Positions 39,179 through 48,285 of a DNA stretch of 64,000 bases are shown one piece after another. Position 1 is the stretch's first letter. Each line of letters starts with the position of its first letter. This DNA comes from an uncultured Armatimonadetes bacterium. Lineage in GTDB: Bacteria > Armatimonadota > UBA5829 > DTJY01. The notes beneath the pieces were generated by a model. That model searched no databases and was not told the origin of the DNA. It was given only the letters and a program-made list of their open reading frames with translations. Made by a program: the position numbers and the translations under genes. Location: NCBI GenBank assembly GCA_963717145.1, contig OY970325.1:4832001-4896000 (forward strand). Direction: 5' to 3'.

Positions 39179-39565
39179 CACGAATGGACGAATAACGGGG
39201 ATAGCAAAACCAGAGAGTGGTCGTCCAAGGCTCTGTTGGCAACCCGATAGGTTATGCGCTTGCGATCACAGCACACGAATGGGCAGGGGAAACACGAATA
39301 GCACGAATGGGCGAATGAGGGGAAATCAAGACCAGAGAGTGGTCATCGGGAACTCTGTTGGTGACCAGATAGGTTATGCATATTCGATAGCGGCACACGA
39401 ATGGGGAAGCGAATGCAGGCCAATCGTATGCCTGGATTCGGACTCTCCATTCGTGTGCTGTTTTCGCGACAGCATAACCCATCTGCCAGCCGATAAGGCT
39501 TCGGATGCGCAATGCCTGGTCTCAATTCCCCCATATTCGTCCATTCGTCTGATTCGTGTTTCCCC
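39163..39565. repeat. ~120-bp unit in three diverged copies (two direct, one inverted)
   Basis: Units start GGGGAAACACGAATAGCACGAATGG at 39163 and 39287 and end GCACACGAATGG; the inverted copy spans ~39445-39565. Confidence 0.8.
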
Positions 39566-39589
39566 CTGCTCTGTGATATAATGACCGCC

Positions 39590-40405
39590 GTGAAGTTCGC
39601 CATCTGCAACGAGACATTCGAGGGCTGGGAGATCGAGGACATCTTCCGAACCGCGAAGGAGATCGGCTACGACGGAGTAGAGATCGCTCCGTTCACGCTC
39701 GCCGATTCGGTCGAGGAGATCACTCCTTCCCGCCGCAGGGAGATCGTTCAGTCGGCCGTCGACAACGGGATCGAGATCGTCGGCCTCCACTGGCTGCTGA
39801 TGAAGCCTGAGGGGCTCTACATCAACCATCCCGACGCGGAGATTCGTCGGCGCACGAGGGACTACCTCGACGCGCTGATCCGGTTCTGCGGCGACCTGGG
39901 CGGCAAGGTGCTGGTCTTCGGATCGCCGAAGCAGAGGAGCGTGCATCCCGATCTGACCTACGATCAAGCATGGGACTACGCCTGCGAGACCTTCGCCCAT
40001 TGTGCCGATACCGCCGAGGGAGTCGGCGCATACCTTTGCATAGAGGCGCTCGCGAAGCGTGAGACCGATTTCGTCAACACGATCACCGACGCCCTGCGCA
40101 TGGTCCGCGAGGTCGGCCATCCGAGCTTCCGGACGATGATCGACATCAAGGCGATCAGCGACGACGGCCGCCCGCTCCCGGCGATCATCGAGGAGGCGGA
40201 CGGCATGGCGATGCACGTCCACGTGAACGACGCGAGCGGCCGTGGACCGGGGGATGGCGATACGGATTTCGTTCCGATAGGGAAGGCCCTGAAGGGGATC
40301 GGCTACAATGGCTATTGTTCCGTCGAGGTCTTCGACTACGAGCCCGATCCGGTCACGATAGCACGAGACAGTCTGGCTCACCTGAGACGGACATTCGGAG
40401 AATAA
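39590..40405 (+). CDS. Sugar isomerase/epimerase (D-tagatose/psicose 3-epimerase-like TIM barrel)
   Basis: MKFAICNE, GYDGVEIAP, GLHWLL, FGSPKQR, IEAL...ETDF, HVHVND, SVEVF; TGaTATAAT 7 nt before the GTG. Confidence 0.85.
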   Translation: MKFAICNETFEGWEIEDIFRTAKEIGYDGVEIAPFTLADSVEEITPSRRREIVQSAVDNGIEIVGLHWLLMKPEGLYINHPDAEIRRRTRDYLDALIRFCGDLGGKVLVFGSPKQRSVHPDLTYDQAWDYACETFAHCADTAEGVGAYLCIEALAKRETDFVNTITDALRMVREVGHPSFRTMIDIKAISDDGRPLPAIIEEADGMAMHVHVNDASGRGPGDGDTDFVPIGKALKGIGYNGYCSVEVFDYEPDPVTIARDSLAHLRRTFGE

Positions 40406-40489
40406 CTCATACTCATACTCCTACTCATACTCATACTCGATCCGGTTTTTGAGTATGAGTATGAGTATGAGTAGGAGTATGAGTAGGAG
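40405..40489. repeat. Hexamer (ACTCAT/ATGAGT) tandem repeats in inverted arrangement
   Basis: About five ACTC(A/C)T units followed by about six (T/G)GAGTA units. Confidence 0.85.
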
Positions 40490-40501
40490 CGGGAGGCTCA
40501 T

Positions 40502-41881
40502 ATGCCCATACGATTCCTGAACACCATGACCCGCGAGAAGGACGAGTTCCGGCCGATCGACGACATGGCGGTCCGGCTCTACACGTGCGGGCCGACGGTC
40601 TACGACTACGCCCATATCGGCAACTGGCGGACCTACCTTTTCGAGGACCTCCTCCGCCGGCACCTCGAGTATCGCGGCTTCGAGGTCAAGCACGTGATGA
40701 ACCTCACGGACGTCGATGACAAGACGATCCGTGGCGCGAACACTCAGCATATCAGCCTGAACGAGTACACCGCGCCGTTCATCGAGGGGTTCTACGCGGA
40801 CCGTGACACGCTGAACGTCCTCCCGGCGCACGTCTATCCCCGCGCGACGGAGCACGTGCCCGAGATGATCGCGCTCATCAAGACGCTCCTCGACAAGGGG
40901 TTCGCGTACAAGGCCGACGACGGCTCGATCTACTTCGACATCTCCAAGTTCCCCGGCTACGGCAAGCTCTCCCACTTCCGCATGGACGAGCTGCGGTCAG
41001 GCGCGCGCGTCGCGTCCGATGAATACGAGAAGGCGCAGGTCTCCGATTTTGCGCTCTGGAAGGCATGGGACGAGGCGGACGGCAGCGTCTTCTGGGAGAC
41101 GGAACTCGGCAAGGGACGGCCCGGGTGGCACATCGAGTGCTCGGCCATGAGCAGCAAGTACCTCAGCCAGCCGTTCGACATCCACACCGGCGGCGTCGAC
41201 AACATCTTCCCGCATCACGAGAACGAGATCGCCCAGTCGGAGGCATCGTGCGGGTGCGCGTTCGTCAACTACTGGATGCACTCCGAGCACCTGCAGGTCG
41301 ATGGCCGCAAGATGAGCAAGTCGCTCGGCAACTTCTACACCCTGCGCGACGTGATCGCCAAGGGGTACGATCCGCTGGCGTTCAGATATCTCGGCATCTC
41401 GGCGCACTACAAGAGCAAGCTGAACTTCACCTGGCAGACGATGGACGCCGCGCAGACGACGATCGACAACCTCTATGATTTCATGGGCCGACTCGATCCA
41501 TCGAAGCCGACCGGGATGGAGGATGCGGTCGAGCGCGCGAAGAACGAGTTCGGAGAGGCGCTCGACGACGACCTGAACAGCCCGGTCGCGCTGGCGGCGA
41601 TCTTCAACCTGATCAGGGAGGTCAACACCCGAGGCGGTGGCGGCAAGGAAGTCTTCGATGCGATGGCTGACTTCGACCGCGTACTCGGCCTCCAACTCGT
41701 CGAGCGCTCGAAGCCGATGACGACGGAGATCCCTCCGGAGATCGAAGCGCTGATGGCCGAGCGCGAGAAGGCCCGCAAGGCGCGTGATTGGGCGAATTCA
41801 GACCGCATCCGCGACGAACTGTCCGCCGCCGGATATATCATCGAGGATACGCCCGACGGCGCTCGGGTGAAGCGGAAGTAG
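40502..41881 (+). CDS. cysS: Cysteine--tRNA ligase
   Basis: YTCGPTVYD.AHIGN, GRPGWHIECSAM, FPHHENE, KMSKSLGN. Confidence 0.97.
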   Translation: MPIRFLNTMTREKDEFRPIDDMAVRLYTCGPTVYDYAHIGNWRTYLFEDLLRRHLEYRGFEVKHVMNLTDVDDKTIRGANTQHISLNEYTAPFIEGFYADRDTLNVLPAHVYPRATEHVPEMIALIKTLLDKGFAYKADDGSIYFDISKFPGYGKLSHFRMDELRSGARVASDEYEKAQVSDFALWKAWDEADGSVFWETELGKGRPGWHIECSAMSSKYLSQPFDIHTGGVDNIFPHHENEIAQSEASCGCAFVNYWMHSEHLQVDGRKMSKSLGNFYTLRDVIAKGYDPLAFRYLGISAHYKSKLNFTWQTMDAAQTTIDNLYDFMGRLDPSKPTGMEDAVERAKNEFGEALDDDLNSPVALAAIFNLIREVNTRGGGGKEVFDAMADFDRVLGLQLVERSKPMTTEIPPEIEALMAEREKARKARDWANSDRIRDELSAAGYIIEDTPDGARVKRK

Positions 41882-41889
41882 TTTGGAGT

Positions 41890-41986
41890 GCGGAATCCGG
41901 TCTCAACCCACCGATCTCAGGCGACTCCGTCGCCGGCGGCCGGCGACGGAGTCGCCTGAGATCGGTGGGTTGAGACCGGATTCCGC
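41890..41986. repeat. Perfect 47-bp inverted repeat after cysS
   Basis: Arms 41890-41936 and 41940-41986, 3-nt loop; shares AGGCGACTCC with the ispE-internal palindrome. Confidence 0.9.
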
Positions 41987-42001
41987 CGAATGGAGGCATT
42001 C

Positions 42002-42703
42002 ATGCGAATCCTGGCAGTCGGGGCGCATCCCGACGACATCGAAATCCTGTGCGCGGGCACGCTCGCAAAGTACGCGAGTCAGGGCCATGAGATCGTCATG
42101 TGCCACGCCTGCACCGGCGACAAGGGCCATTTCCACATCCCCAACGAGGAGCTGGCGACGCTCCGACGCAAGGAGGCTCAACTCTCCGCGTCCCGGATCG
42201 GCGCCGAGAGCCTGTGCGTCGGCATCCCGGACTGCGAGATCTTCAACGACCGGCCGACGCTCGCGCTGTTCATTGATATGATCCGGACTGCCCGACCGGA
42301 CGTGATCATCACCCACTCGCCGACCGACTACATGCCCGATCATACCGTCACCGGCCAGTTGGTCTACGATGCGTCGTTCCATGCGACGCTCCCGAACTGG
42401 AAGACGACCATGCCGCCGCACGATAAGTGCCCGCCGGTCTATTACATGGACAACGTCGCCGGCGTCGATTTCCAGCCCGGGGAGTACGTGGATGTTACCG
42501 AGTTCATCGAGATGAAGAAGGCGATGATGGAGTGCCACCAGAGCCAGGTCGTCTGGCTCAAGGAGCACGATAACCTTGACATAACGGATTTCATCGCGAC
42601 GTGCGCGAAGTACCGAGGCATTCAGTGCGGAGTGCCGTTCGCCGAGGCGTTCCGGGTCTGCGACCGCTGGCCCCGCCTCCGCACCGAGCGGCTGTTACCA
42701 TAG
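42002..42703 (+). CDS. PIG-L/LmbE family N-acetylhexosamine deacetylase
   Basis: AHPDDIE, R.KEA, H...D..PDH, HQSQ, AEAF. Confidence 0.9.
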   Translation: MRILAVGAHPDDIEILCAGTLAKYASQGHEIVMCHACTGDKGHFHIPNEELATLRRKEAQLSASRIGAESLCVGIPDCEIFNDRPTLALFIDMIRTARPDVIITHSPTDYMPDHTVTGQLVYDASFHATLPNWKTTMPPHDKCPPVYYMDNVAGVDFQPGEYVDVTEFIEMKKAMMECHQSQVVWLKEHDNLDITDFIATCAKYRGIQCGVPFAEAFRVCDRWPRLRTERLLP

Positions 42704-42940
42704 AACACGGAAGCACGGAAGGGGAGGGAAACACAGAAGAATCTTTATGAGGAAACCAGGAATCAAGGAAGGCAGGAAGGGGAATGAGGGAGTGGGAGAA
42801 TGGGAGAGTGGGCGAATGGGCGAACTCCGTATCTCCCCTTCACCCTTTCCCCCATTCTCTCCTTCATGGATTCCTGAAATTCCTGGTTTCCTGATAAAGC
42901 CTTTTTCCGTGTTTCCGTGTTCGTTCTGTGTTTCTGTGTT
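42704..42940. repeat. Nested inverted oligomer-repeat tract
   Basis: Three concentric layers of short tandem repeats with mirrored reverse complements. Confidence 0.75.
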
Positions 42941-42965
42941 CGATTTTGACTTAGGAGGAAGTATC

Positions 42966-44228
42966 ATGTCCGAGAAGCTCGCGATCAACGGGGGGACTCC
43001 CGTTCGAAACACACCGTTTGCACCGTGGCCGTATTTCTGGGACGAGGACAAGAAGGCCGTCATGGAGGTCCTCGACAGCGGGAAGGTCAACTACTGGACC
43101 GGGTTCCGCGGGATGGAATTCCAGAAGATGTACGCCGAGTTCTGCGGCGTGAAACATGCCATCATGGTCAATTCCGGCACGAGCGCCCTGCACGTCGCGC
43201 TCGCCGCGATCGAGATCGGGCCGGGCGACGAGGTCATCGTCCCGACCTACAGCTTCATCGCCACCGCCGCCGCCGTATTGCATCAGAACGGCGTCCCGAT
43301 CTTCGCCGATGTCGATGAGAAGACATGGAACATCGACCCCAAATCGGTCGAGTCGCTGATTACCGAGCGCACTAAGGCGATCATCGCCGTCCACCTCCAC
43401 GGCCATCCCGCCGACATGGATCCGATCAAGGCGATGGCCGCCAAGCGCGGCATCAAGGTCATCGAGGACGCCGCTCAGGCACACGGAGGCGAGTACAAGG
43501 GCAAGATGGTCGGAGGGCTCGGCGACATCGCCGCGTTCAGCTTCTGCCAGGACAAGATCATGACCACCGGCGGTGAGGGCGGCGCGGTCACGACCGCCGA
43601 TGACGACCTCGCGAGCATCGCCCGCAGCTTCAAGGATCACGGCTACTGGGAGGAGGAGCGCCGCGACCTCCTGCAGATGGAGGCGCTCTATCCATACATC
43701 CACCACCGCATGGGCTTCAACTACCGCATGACCGAGATGCAGAGCGTCATCGGCATCGAGTGCGTGAAGCGCCTCGCCTCATGGGTCGAGAAGCGCCGTG
43801 CGAACGCGCACTTCCTCTCCGCGCAGCTCGCGCAGATCCCGCAGGTCGAGCCGCCGTATGAGTCGCCGGACGTGAAGCACGCGTTCTACAAGTATGCGTT
43901 CAAGGTGAGGCCCGAGACGCTGACCTGCACGCGCGACGAGTTCATCCAGGCGCTCAGGGCCGAGGGAATCCCGTCCGCCGCCGGAGTCCCGCCCGAGAAC
44001 TACAAGGAGGAAGTCTTCCTCAAGCAGGTCGGGTATGGCAAGACCCCGTGCCCGTTCCAGTGCCCGTGGTACAAGGGGAAGGTGGATTACAACCAGGTCG
44101 CGTGCCCGACCGCGGTGAAGATCGGCGCGCAGACCGTCTGGCTGCTCGTCCACCCGACGCTCGGCGAGTCCGACATGTCCGACGCGGCCGAGGCGGTGGC
44201 GAAGATCGCATCGGCCTACGCTAAGTAG
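42966..44228 (+). CDS. DegT/DnrJ/EryC1/StrS PLP aminotransferase
   Basis: NSGTSALH, GPGDEVIVP, IEDAAQAHG, FSF...KIMTTGGEGG, GFNYRM; AGGAGG RBS. Confidence 0.93.
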   Translation: MSEKLAINGGTPVRNTPFAPWPYFWDEDKKAVMEVLDSGKVNYWTGFRGMEFQKMYAEFCGVKHAIMVNSGTSALHVALAAIEIGPGDEVIVPTYSFIATAAAVLHQNGVPIFADVDEKTWNIDPKSVESLITERTKAIIAVHLHGHPADMDPIKAMAAKRGIKVIEDAAQAHGGEYKGKMVGGLGDIAAFSFCQDKIMTTGGEGGAVTTADDDLASIARSFKDHGYWEEERRDLLQMEALYPYIHHRMGFNYRMTEMQSVIGIECVKRLASWVEKRRANAHFLSAQLAQIPQVEPPYESPDVKHAFYKYAFKVRPETLTCTRDEFIQALRAEGIPSAAGVPPENYKEEVFLKQVGYGKTPCPFQCPWYKGKVDYNQVACPTAVKIGAQTVWLLVHPTLGESDMSDAAEAVAKIASAYAK

Positions 44229-44332
44229 AGGAAACATCCTGGCTAAGCGGGTGTGTCCCGTCCGCGGGTGCACACACAGGATGCTGAGGATTTCTGCACC
44301 GGCCAACCCTGTCTTGTGAGGACGTGAGTCGT

Positions 44333-44839
44333 ATGGCTGATATGCAAGACGAATGGAGAACCGTGTTGGTGACTCTACGGCGGCATTTCCTTCAGGGCGG
44401 AGCATCGACTGCATTGACCAGGAGTGGATTCGCGGGCGGCAAGACCTCATCCCTGGGTGTGCTTGATGGGGAGCAACTGTGGGGCTTGTACGCGATAGGC
44501 GCAACTCCGACCGGTAGCTGGTGGGAGGCACGATTCACGGATACCAAGGTGACAATAGTCGCTGTTGACAATCCTCTGCTCGTGATCACGTACGGCGATA
44601 TGTTCGACACCAGATCGTTGCCCGGCAAATCCATCCCGCCGATGAGTGGCGAAAGCGGTGGCGTCGAATTCCACTATGACGAGGCGACGATTCAGGGCCT
44701 GGAGGGAAGAACTTACCGGATAAGAGGCGCAGTGGACGAGGACGGTCTGAGGGATGTCTACCGCTGGCACAATCTGGTGAAAGCCGCGCATATTGATCGT
44801 CATCGCCACCAAACGGGGCAGCCTACTCCGCTGTACTAG
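44333..44839 (+). CDS. Hypothetical protein (orphan inserted in the sugar cluster)
   Basis: ~168-aa ORF; codon usage looks less GC3-biased than the neighbours; start uncertain. Confidence 0.5.
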   Translation: MADMQDEWRTVLVTLRRHFLQGGASTALTRSGFAGGKTSSLGVLDGEQLWGLYAIGATPTGSWWEARFTDTKVTIVAVDNPLLVITYGDMFDTRSLPGKSIPPMSGESGGVEFHYDEATIQGLEGRTYRIRGAVDEDGLRDVYRWHNLVKAAHIDRHRHQTGQPTPLY

Positions 44840-44908
44840 CGGATAGGCTGGTCAGGGCAGAGGCCGTCTACCCGTCCCCCCGGTGGGACTGTACAGGAGG
44901 CATGAACC

Positions 44909-45925
44909 ATGGGACAGAAATTCGGAGCTGCCGTGTGGGGCGCGGGATGGGTCGCCGGCGAGCACATCCGCGCTTATGAGAACAATCCCCACTGTGAGAT
45001 GGTCGCCATCGGAAGTCGGAAGGCGGAGAGCGCGAAGAAGGCCGCCAAGACCGCCGGCCTCGAATGCGCCATCTACACCGACTACGACGAATTGATGGCG
45101 GACGAGCGCGTCAACATCGTCTCGATCTGCACGCCGAACCACCTCCACGCGGGCGAGACGATCAAGGCCGCGAACGCCGGGAAGCACATCCTCATCGAGA
45201 AGCCGGTCGCCCTCAACCTCGAGGACCTGATCGCCATGCGCGATGCCGTCCGGAAGGCCGGGGTCAAGACCGTCGTCAGCTTCGTGCTGAGGTGGAATCC
45301 GCTCTTCGAGTGCATCAAGGGCCTGCAGAAGACTCCCGCGCTCGGGAAGATCTTCCTCGCCGAGGTCGATTACTGGCACCCGCTCGGCCGCTGGTACATG
45401 GGGTACGACTGGGTGACGACTAAGGAATGCGGCGGGAGCATGCTCCTCTCGGCCGGATGCCACGCGGTCGATGCGATCCGGTATTTCATCGAGTCGGAGG
45501 TCACCGAGGTCACCGCCTACTCGAACAACGCCGGCCCGTGCGAGTATGACGCGAATATCATCGCGATCATGAAGTTCGAGAACGGCACGATCGGCAAGGT
45601 CTCCGCGAGCTGGGACATCCGGTCGCCTTACGTCTTCAACATCGAGCTGCTCGGCGATCACGGCACGCTGCGGAACAATCAGCTTTACTCGAAGGTGCTC
45701 CTGCCCGGCCAGACACGACCGATGGAGATACCGACGATCCTGCCGGACAGCGGCGACGTGACGCATCACCCGTTCCAGGGCGAGATCGATCATCTGGTGA
45801 ACTGCATCCTCACGGACACCGAGTCGCACGTGAACCTGGAGGATGCGGTCAAGACGCACGAGGTCTGCATCGCGGCGGACATCTCGGCGGCAGAGGGCCG
45901 CCCGGTCAAGCTGCCGTTGATCTGA
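44909..45925 (+). CDS. Gfo/Idh/MocA oxidoreductase
   Basis: GAGWVA, ICTPNHLH, GKHILIEKP, GG.ML..GCH.VD. Confidence 0.92.
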   Translation: MGQKFGAAVWGAGWVAGEHIRAYENNPHCEMVAIGSRKAESAKKAAKTAGLECAIYTDYDELMADERVNIVSICTPNHLHAGETIKAANAGKHILIEKPVALNLEDLIAMRDAVRKAGVKTVVSFVLRWNPLFECIKGLQKTPALGKIFLAEVDYWHPLGRWYMGYDWVTTKECGGSMLLSAGCHAVDAIRYFIESEVTEVTAYSNNAGPCEYDANIIAIMKFENGTIGKVSASWDIRSPYVFNIELLGDHGTLRNNQLYSKVLLPGQTRPMEIPTILPDSGDVTHHPFQGEIDHLVNCILTDTESHVNLEDAVKTHEVCIAADISAAEGRPVKLPLI

Positions 45926-45945
45926 CCACACCGGATCACCACGAT

Positions 45946-46115
45946 GTTAGTGCCGGAGTTGTACTCCGGCACTCGAAACTAGATCGGGAGTTGCACTCCA
46001 TTCCGCCATGGGAGCGGGAGAACAACTCCCGGGTGCAGTTATGCGTGCCGGAGTGCAACTCCGGCACGAACGGTGGGTGGAGTTATGCGGGCCGGAGTCC
46101 AACTCCGGCCCGAAC
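45946..46115. repeat. Empty REPIN-like unit (45946-46071) plus an extra arm, RAYT-associated GGAG-N5-CTCC family
   Basis: Five GGAG-N5-CTCC hairpins; unit bounded by GTTAG...CGAAC. Confidence 0.88.
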
Positions 46116-46130
46116 GGTGAAACCAACGAT

Positions 46131-46809
46131 GTTAGTGCCGGAGTTGTACTCCGGCACTCGAAACTAGATCGGGAGTTGTACTCCCACCAACGCAACGCAA
46201 CGCACATGAGACGCTACCGAATCGCAGAACAAGGCATCATGCCGCACTTCATCACCAGCACCGTGGTGCGATGGCTTCCTATCTTCACGTCCGAGCCCTA
46301 TCTCAAGATCATCACCGACAGCCTGCAGTTCTGCCGGGAGAACAAGGGCCTGCTGGTTCATGGCTACGTCGTCATGCCGACGCACCTGCATCTGATTGGG
46401 TCAGCCGACGATCAGCATGATCTGTCGGGCACTATGCGCGATTTCCGACGTCACACATCCAAGGCGATTACGGCGCAGTTGGAGGCCGATGAAAACAGGC
46501 TTTTTCTGTACGTGTTGGGCAAGGCTGCGGAGGCACAGGGGAGAGCCGACACGAAGTACAAGGTGTGGTCGGATGATCTCCACCCTGAGTCGCTAGTGAG
46601 CGAGAAGTTCTTTCTGCAGAAGCTGAACTATATTCACGACAACCCGGTGCGGAAGGGCTTGGTGACTAGGCCGGAGCATTGGTGCTACTCGAGTGCGCGG
46701 GCGTGGATCGAGGAAGTGCCGGAGCCGATTGAGATCGATCTGCTCGGCTGAGGGGGAGTACAACTCCCCGGTGGAGTGACGCGTGCCGGAGTGCAACTCC
46801 GGCACGAAC
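46131..46809 (+). mobile_element. RAYT cassette (REPtron-like) bounded by double-hairpin arms
   Basis: Left arm 46131-46185 and right arm 46753-46809 have the same structure as the arms of the empty units. Confidence 0.8.
46206..46751 (+). CDS. rayT: REP-associated tyrosine transposase (Y1 HUH, IS200/IS605 superfamily)
   Basis: HFIT.T, YVVMPTHLHL (HUH), RDF..HT, KLNYIHDNPVRKGLV..PE.W.YSSA (catalytic Tyr). Confidence 0.92.
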   Translation: MRRYRIAEQGIMPHFITSTVVRWLPIFTSEPYLKIITDSLQFCRENKGLLVHGYVVMPTHLHLIGSADDQHDLSGTMRDFRRHTSKAITAQLEADENRLFLYVLGKAAEAQGRADTKYKVWSDDLHPESLVSEKFFLQKLNYIHDNPVRKGLVTRPEHWCYSSARAWIEEVPEPIEIDLLG

Positions 46810-46827
46810 GATGGTGGGTTACGTAAG

Positions 46828-46952
46828 GTTAGGGATGGAGTTGGACTCCATCCCTCAGAACTAGGCCCGGAGTTGTACTCCACGCTCCGTGGTGGTGGGA
46901 GTGCAACTCCCGGATTCAGTTACGCGTGCCGGAGTACAACTCCGGCACGAAC
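46828..46952. repeat. Empty REPIN-like unit, RAYT-associated family
   Basis: Four GGAG-N5-CTCC hairpins, GTTAG...CGAAC boundaries. Confidence 0.88.
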
Positions 46953-46978
46953 GATAGGTTTGTTCAAAGGAGAGCATC

Positions 46979-48028
46979 ATGTCCACAGTCAAATGGGGCG
47001 TTATCGGCGCGGGGGGGATCGCGGATCGGCGGACGATTCCCGAGGGGATAGTGCCGGCGGAGAACTCGCAACTCGTCGCCGTCATGGACGTCGATGAGGC
47101 GCGGGTCAAGGAAGTGGCGGCGAAGTACGACGTGCCGAAGTGGTACACGTCAGACGCCGATCTGCTGAATGATCCAGCGGTCGAGGCGGTCTACATCGCC
47201 ACGCCGGTCAACGTCCACGTCGAGCAGGCCGTCGCCGCCGCCGGGAAGGGCAAGCACGTCCTCTGCGAGAAGCCGCTCGCCTTGACGCTCGATGAGAGCC
47301 GGCTGATCGTCGATGCGTGCAATTCGGCGGGGGTGAAGCTCAGCGTCGGCCTGATGATGCGATTCCACGCATGCCACCAGGCGATCAGGCGGATCATCGC
47401 CCAGGGTGAGATCGGCAAGCCGGTCATGGGACGCGCGCAACTGACATGCTGGTATCCGCAGATCCCCGGCGCATGGCGTCAGATCCCCGAATGCGGTGGA
47501 GGAGGCGCGCTGATGGACCTTGGCGTCCACACCGCCGACCTCCTGCGCTTCTTCCTCGGCGAGGTCGATGCCGTGACCGCGTTCGTCGATACCACCGTTC
47601 AGGACTACCCGGTGGATGACAGCGCCCTGATGCTCATGAAGTTCAAGTCCGGCGCTCAGGGAGTCGTCGAGAGCTACTTCAACATCCCGGATGCGGCCGC
47701 TCAGAACGCGCTCGAGGTCTACGGCACGAAGGGATGCATCCTCGCCAAGGGGACGATCGGCCAGGGATCGGAGGGCAGCTTCACGGTCCACTCCTCGGCC
47801 GAGGACAAGGGCTATGAGGCCGCTCAGACCCGGGATGCGAGCGGGATGGCGGTCCGAGTCGAGACCCCCGATCCGGTGAACATCTATCGCGCGGAGATCG
47901 AGTCGTTCGCCGACGCCATCCTCGACGACACCGATCCGATCATCAGCGCCGAGGAAGCGATCGCATCGTTCTCAGCGGTCCTCGCAGCATACAAGTCCTC
48001 CTGCCAGGGCCGGACGATCGAGCTGTAG
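46979..48028 (+). CDS. Gfo/Idh/MocA oxidoreductase
   Basis: WGVIGAGGIA, YIATP, GKHVLCEKP, GGGALMDLGVH. Confidence 0.92.
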   Translation: MSTVKWGVIGAGGIADRRTIPEGIVPAENSQLVAVMDVDEARVKEVAAKYDVPKWYTSDADLLNDPAVEAVYIATPVNVHVEQAVAAAGKGKHVLCEKPLALTLDESRLIVDACNSAGVKLSVGLMMRFHACHQAIRRIIAQGEIGKPVMGRAQLTCWYPQIPGAWRQIPECGGGGALMDLGVHTADLLRFFLGEVDAVTAFVDTTVQDYPVDDSALMLMKFKSGAQGVVESYFNIPDAAAQNALEVYGTKGCILAKGTIGQGSEGSFTVHSSAEDKGYEAAQTRDASGMAVRVETPDPVNIYRAEIESFADAILDDTDPIISAEEAIASFSAVLAAYKSSCQGRTIEL

Positions 48029-48038
48029 GCGACACAAC

Positions 48039-48257
48039 GTTAGGGATGGAGTTGTACTCCGTCCCTCAAGACTAGACCTGGAGTTGTACTCCATCTCCGG
48101 TGGTGGCGATGGGAGTGCAACTCCCTGGATTCAGTTATGCGGGCCGGAGTCCAACTCCGGCCCGAACGGTAGGTGCAGGCGGAGTACAACTCCGCGGTCA
48201 GTGGCGCGTGCTGGAGTACAACTCCAGCACGAACAGGTGGTACAACTCCAGCACGAA
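48039..48257. repeat. Empty REPIN-like unit (48039-48167) plus extra and partial right arms, RAYT-associated family
   Basis: Six GGAG-N5-CTCC hairpins and a partial tandem copy GTACAACTCCAGCACGAAC. Confidence 0.88.
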
Positions 48258-48285
48258 CGTAGGTGGCAGGGTGACGAGGGGAATC

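Noticed and set aside
42747-42965. N-terminal extensions of ORFs starting at 42747, 46008, 48100, 31255, 21720 and 13146
   Set aside because: They are translations of palindromic repeats; family homology and RBS or promoter positions point to downstream starts
45946-48257. CRISPR array interpretation of the GGAG..CTCC repeats
   Set aside because: Repeats alternate in orientation, spacers are short and semi-conserved, there are no cas genes, and a RAYT lies in the middle
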